Source of the DNA: a virus
Taxonomy: Duplodnaviria > Heunggongvirae > Uroviricota > Caudoviricetes
IMG/VR virus record: IMGVR_UViG_2778261277_000005
Strand: one strand, 5' to 3'
DNA: 17,171 nucleotides
Under the pieces are notes generated by a model. The model had not been told where the DNA came from and searched no databases. It saw only the letters and a list, made by a program, of their open reading frames with translations. A program made the translations under genes and the position numbers. Of this stretch, positions 14,604 to 17,171 are shown piece by piece (within the stretch, counting starts at the first letter, position 1; every line of letters starts with the position of its first letter).

Positions 14604-17171
14604 ATGGGTAAAGGAAGCAGTAAGGGGCATACCCCGCGCGAAGCGAAGGACAACCTGAAGTCCACGCAGTTGCTGAGTGTGATTGATGCCATCAGTGAAG
14701 GGCCGATTGAAGGTCCGGTGGATGGATTAAAAAGCGTGCTGCTGAACAGTACGCCGGTGCTGGACAGTGATGGGAATACCAACATCGCCGGTGTCACGGT
14801 GGTGTTCCGGGCTGGTGAGCAGGAGCAGACTCCGCCGGAGGGATTTGAATCCTCCGGCTCCGAGACGGTGTTGGGTACGGAAGTGAAATACGACACGCCG
14901 ATCACCCGCGCCATCACGTCGGCAAACATCGACCGACTGCGCTTTACCTTCGGTGTGCAGGCACTGGTGGAAACCACCTCAAAGGGGGACCGGAATCCGT
15001 CGGAAGTTCGCCTGCTGGTTCAGATACAGCGTAATGGTGGCTGGGTGACGGAAAAAGACATCACCATTAAGGGCAAAACCACCTCGCAGTATCTGGCCTC
15101 GGTGGTGGTGGATAACCTGCCGCCGCGCCCGTTTAATATCCGGATGCGCAGAATGACGCCGGACAGCACCACAGACCAGCTGCAGAACAAAACGCTCTGG
15201 TCGTCATACACCGAAATCATCGATGTGAAACAGTGCTACCCGAACACGGCACTGGTCGGCGTGCAGGTGGACTCGGAACAGTTCGGCAGCCAGCAGGTGA
15301 GCCGTAATTATCATCTTCGCGGGCGCATTCTGCAGGTGCCGTCGAACTATAACCCGCAGACGCGGCAATACAGCGGTATCTGGGACGGAACGTTTAAGCC
15401 AGCATACAGCAACAACATGGCCTGGTGTCTGTGGGATATGCTGACCCATCCGCGCTACGGCATGGGGAAGCGTCTCGGTGCGGCGGATGTGGACAAATGG
15501 GCGCTGTATGTCATCGGCCAGAATTGCGACCAGTCGGTGCCGGATGGCTTTGGTGGCACGGAGCCGCGCATCACCTGTAATGCCTGGCTGATCACACAGC
15601 GCAAGGCGTGGGATGTTCTCAGTGATTTCTGCTCGGCGATGCGCTGTATGCCGGTATGGAACGGGCAGACGCTGACGTTCGTGCAGGACCGACCGTCGGA
15701 TAAGGTGTGGACCTATAACCGCAGTAATGTGGTGATGCCGGATGATGGCGCGCCGTTCCGCTACAGCTTCAGTGCCCTGAAGGACCGTCATAATGCCGTT
15801 GAGGTGAACTGGATTGACCCGGATAACGGCTGGGAGACGGCGACAGAGCTTGTGGAGGACACGCAGGCCATTGCCCGTTACGGTCGTAACGTCACGAAGA
15901 TGGATGCCTTTGGCTGTACCAGCCGGGGGCAGGCACACCGCGCCGGGCTGTGGCTGATTAAAACGGAACTGCTGGAAACGCAGACCGTGGACTTCAGCGT
16001 GGGTGCCGAAGGGCTTCGCCATGTACCAGGTGATGTCATTGAAATCTGTGATGATGACTATGCGGGGATCAGCACCGGCGGGCGCGTGCTGGCGGTGAAC
16101 AGCCAGACCCGGACGCTGACGCTCGACCGTGAAATCACGCTGCCATCCTCCGGTACCACGCTGATAAGCCTGGTTGACGGAAGTGGCAATCCGGTCAGCG
16201 TGGAGGTCCAGTCCGTCACCGACGGCGTGAAGGTAAAAGTGAGCCGTGTTCCTGACGGCGTTGCCGGATACAGCGTGTGGGGGCTGAAGCTGCCGACGCT
16301 GCGCCAGCGCCTGTTCCGCTGCGTGAGTATCCGTGAGAACGACGACGGCACGTATGCCATCACCGCCGTGCAGCATGTACCGGAAAAAGAAGCCATCGTG
16401 GATAACGGGGCGCACTTTGACGGCGACCAGAGCGGCACGGTGAATGGTGTCACGCCGCCAGCAGTGCAGCACCTGACTGCCGAAGTCACCGCAGACAGCG
16501 GGGAATATCAGGTGCTGGCGCGCTGGGACACGCCGAAGGTGGTGAAGGGGGTGAGCTTTATGCTTCGCCTGACCGTAACAGCGGACGACGGCAGTGAGCG
16601 GCTGGTCAGCACGGCCCGGACGACAGAAACCACATACCGCTTCAGGCAGCTGGCGCTGGGGCGTTACACGCTGACGGTCCGGGCGGTAAATGCGTGGGGA
16701 CAGCAGGGCGATCCGGCATCGGTATCGTTCCGGATTGCCGCACCGGCAGCGCCGTCGCAGATTGAGCTGACACCCGGGTATTTTCAGATAACCGCCACGC
16801 CGCATCTTGCGGTTTATGATCCGACGGTACAGTTTGAGTTCTGGTTCTCGGAAAAGCGGATTGCGGATATCAGGCAGGTTGAAACCAGCGCGCGTTATCT
16901 TGGTACGGCGCTGTACTGGATAGCCGCCAGTATCAATATCAAACCGGGCCATGATTATTATTTTTACGTTCGCAGTGTGAATACCGTTGGCAAATCGGCA
17001 TTCGTGGAGGCTGTTGGTCGGCCGAGTGATGATGCTTCCGGCTATCTGGATTTTTTCAAAGGCGAGATAGGGAAAAGCCATCTGGCTCAGGAGTTGTGGA
17101 CGCAGATTGATAACGGTCAGCTTGCGCCTGACCTGGCTGAAATCAGGACGTCCATTACGGATGTCAGCAAT
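14604..17171 (+). CDS. J: Tail tip / host specificity protein J, N-terminal ~856 codons; 3' end beyond the window
   Basis: ATG at ~14604 preceded by GGAGCGTGAGG; the frame is open to the last base of the window (exactly 856 codons), which explains its absence from the ORF track (no stop in window). [54 protein letters not shown]... matches the lambda J N-terminus essentially residue for residue by recollection. Confidence 0.92.
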   Translation, partial: MGKGSSKGHTPREAKDNLKSTQLLSVIDAISEGPIEGPVDGLKSVLLNSTPVLDSDGNTNIAGVTVVFRAGEQEQTPPEGFESSGSETVLGTEVKYDTPITRAITSANIDRLRFTFGVQALVETTSKGDRNPSEVRLLVQIQRNGGWVTEKDITIKGKTTSQYLASVVVDNLPPRPFNIRMRRMTPDSTTDQLQNKTLWSSYTEIIDVKQCYPNTALVGVQVDSEQFGSQQVSRNYHLRGRILQVPSNYNPQTRQYSGIWDGTFKPAYSNNMAWCLWDMLTHPRYGMGKRLGAADVDKWALYVIGQNCDQSVPDGFGGTEPRITCNAWLITQRKAWDVLSDFCSAMRCMPVWNGQTLTFVQDRPSDKVWTYNRSNVVMPDDGAPFRYSFSALKDRHNAVEVNWIDPDNGWETATELVEDTQAIARYGRNVTKMDAFGCTSRGQAHRAGLWLIKTELLETQTVDFSVGAEGLRHVPGDVIEICDDDYAGISTGGRVLAVNSQTRTLTLDREITLPSSGTTLISLVDGSGNPVSVEVQSVTDGVKVKVSRVPDGVAGYSVWGLKLPTLRQRLFRCVSIRENDDGTYAITAVQHVPEKEAIVDNGAHFDGDQSGTVNGVTPPAVQHLTAEVTADSGEYQVLARWDTPKVVKGVSFMLRLTVTADDGSERLVSTARTTETTYRFRQLALGRYTLTVRAVNAWGQQGDPASVSFRIAAPAAPSQIELTPGYFQITATPHLAVYDPTVQFEFWFSEKRIADIRQVETSARYLGTALYWIAASINIKPGHDYYFYVRSVNTVGKSAFVEAVGRPSDDASGYLDFFKGEIGKSHLAQELWTQIDNGQLAPDLAEIRTSITDVSN

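Noticed and set aside
15204-17081. 625-aa minus-strand ORF (with 16058..16489 and 14588..14977) on the strand opposite J
   Set aside because: It lies entirely antisense to the J coding frame, which is well supported by near-identity to lambda J. It is Arg/Pro/Ala/His-rich with a low-complexity composition typical of antisense frames of GC-rich genes, and has no RBS or independent promoter context. Long stop-free antisense frames are expected here.
1-17171. CRISPR arrays, tRNA/rRNA genes, att sites, toxin-antitoxin or defence cassettes
   Set aside because: No regularly spaced direct repeats, no cloverleaf-like tRNA candidates, and no intergenic space larger than ~90 nt outside the IS junction; every sizeable ORF is accounted for by a structural-gene homologue.

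Overview
This window is almost entirely one co-directional (+ strand) late morphogenesis operon of a lambda-like (lambdoid) siphovirus prophage, most plausibly enterobacterial. Gene order is: 5'-disrupted terminase large subunit (GpA family), gpW-like head completion protein, portal, a fused ClpP-like prohead protease/major capsid protein, a DUF2190-type small head protein, an FII-like connector, then a lambda-type tail module Z-U-V-G/GT-H-M-L-K-I and the first ~856 codons of J, which runs off the 3' edge. The first ~500 nt are different: the minus strand encodes the N-terminus of an insertion-sequence OrfA/TnpA-like helix-turn-helix protein reading out of the window, so an IS appears to have interrupted the terminase gene. 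No Nu1 or cos lies between the IS and the terminase remnant. Two features suggest a defective or decaying prophage: the terminase disruption and an in-frame TAG inside tail gene I. I found no rRNA/tRNA genes, no CRISPR array, and no cargo, moron or defence gene; the genes are tightly packed and translationally coupled, with no unexplained coding space. I therefore do not claim a novel system here; the points worth a second look are the IS/terminase junction, the amber codon in I, the G-T frameshift site and the protease-capsid fusion. Homology statements rest on my recollection of phage lambda protein sequences and family motifs, not on a database search. Hand-counted motif coordinates may be off by 1-2 nt, because my counting disagreed with the ORF track by one base near 8820-8860; ORF-track coordinates were treated as authoritative.
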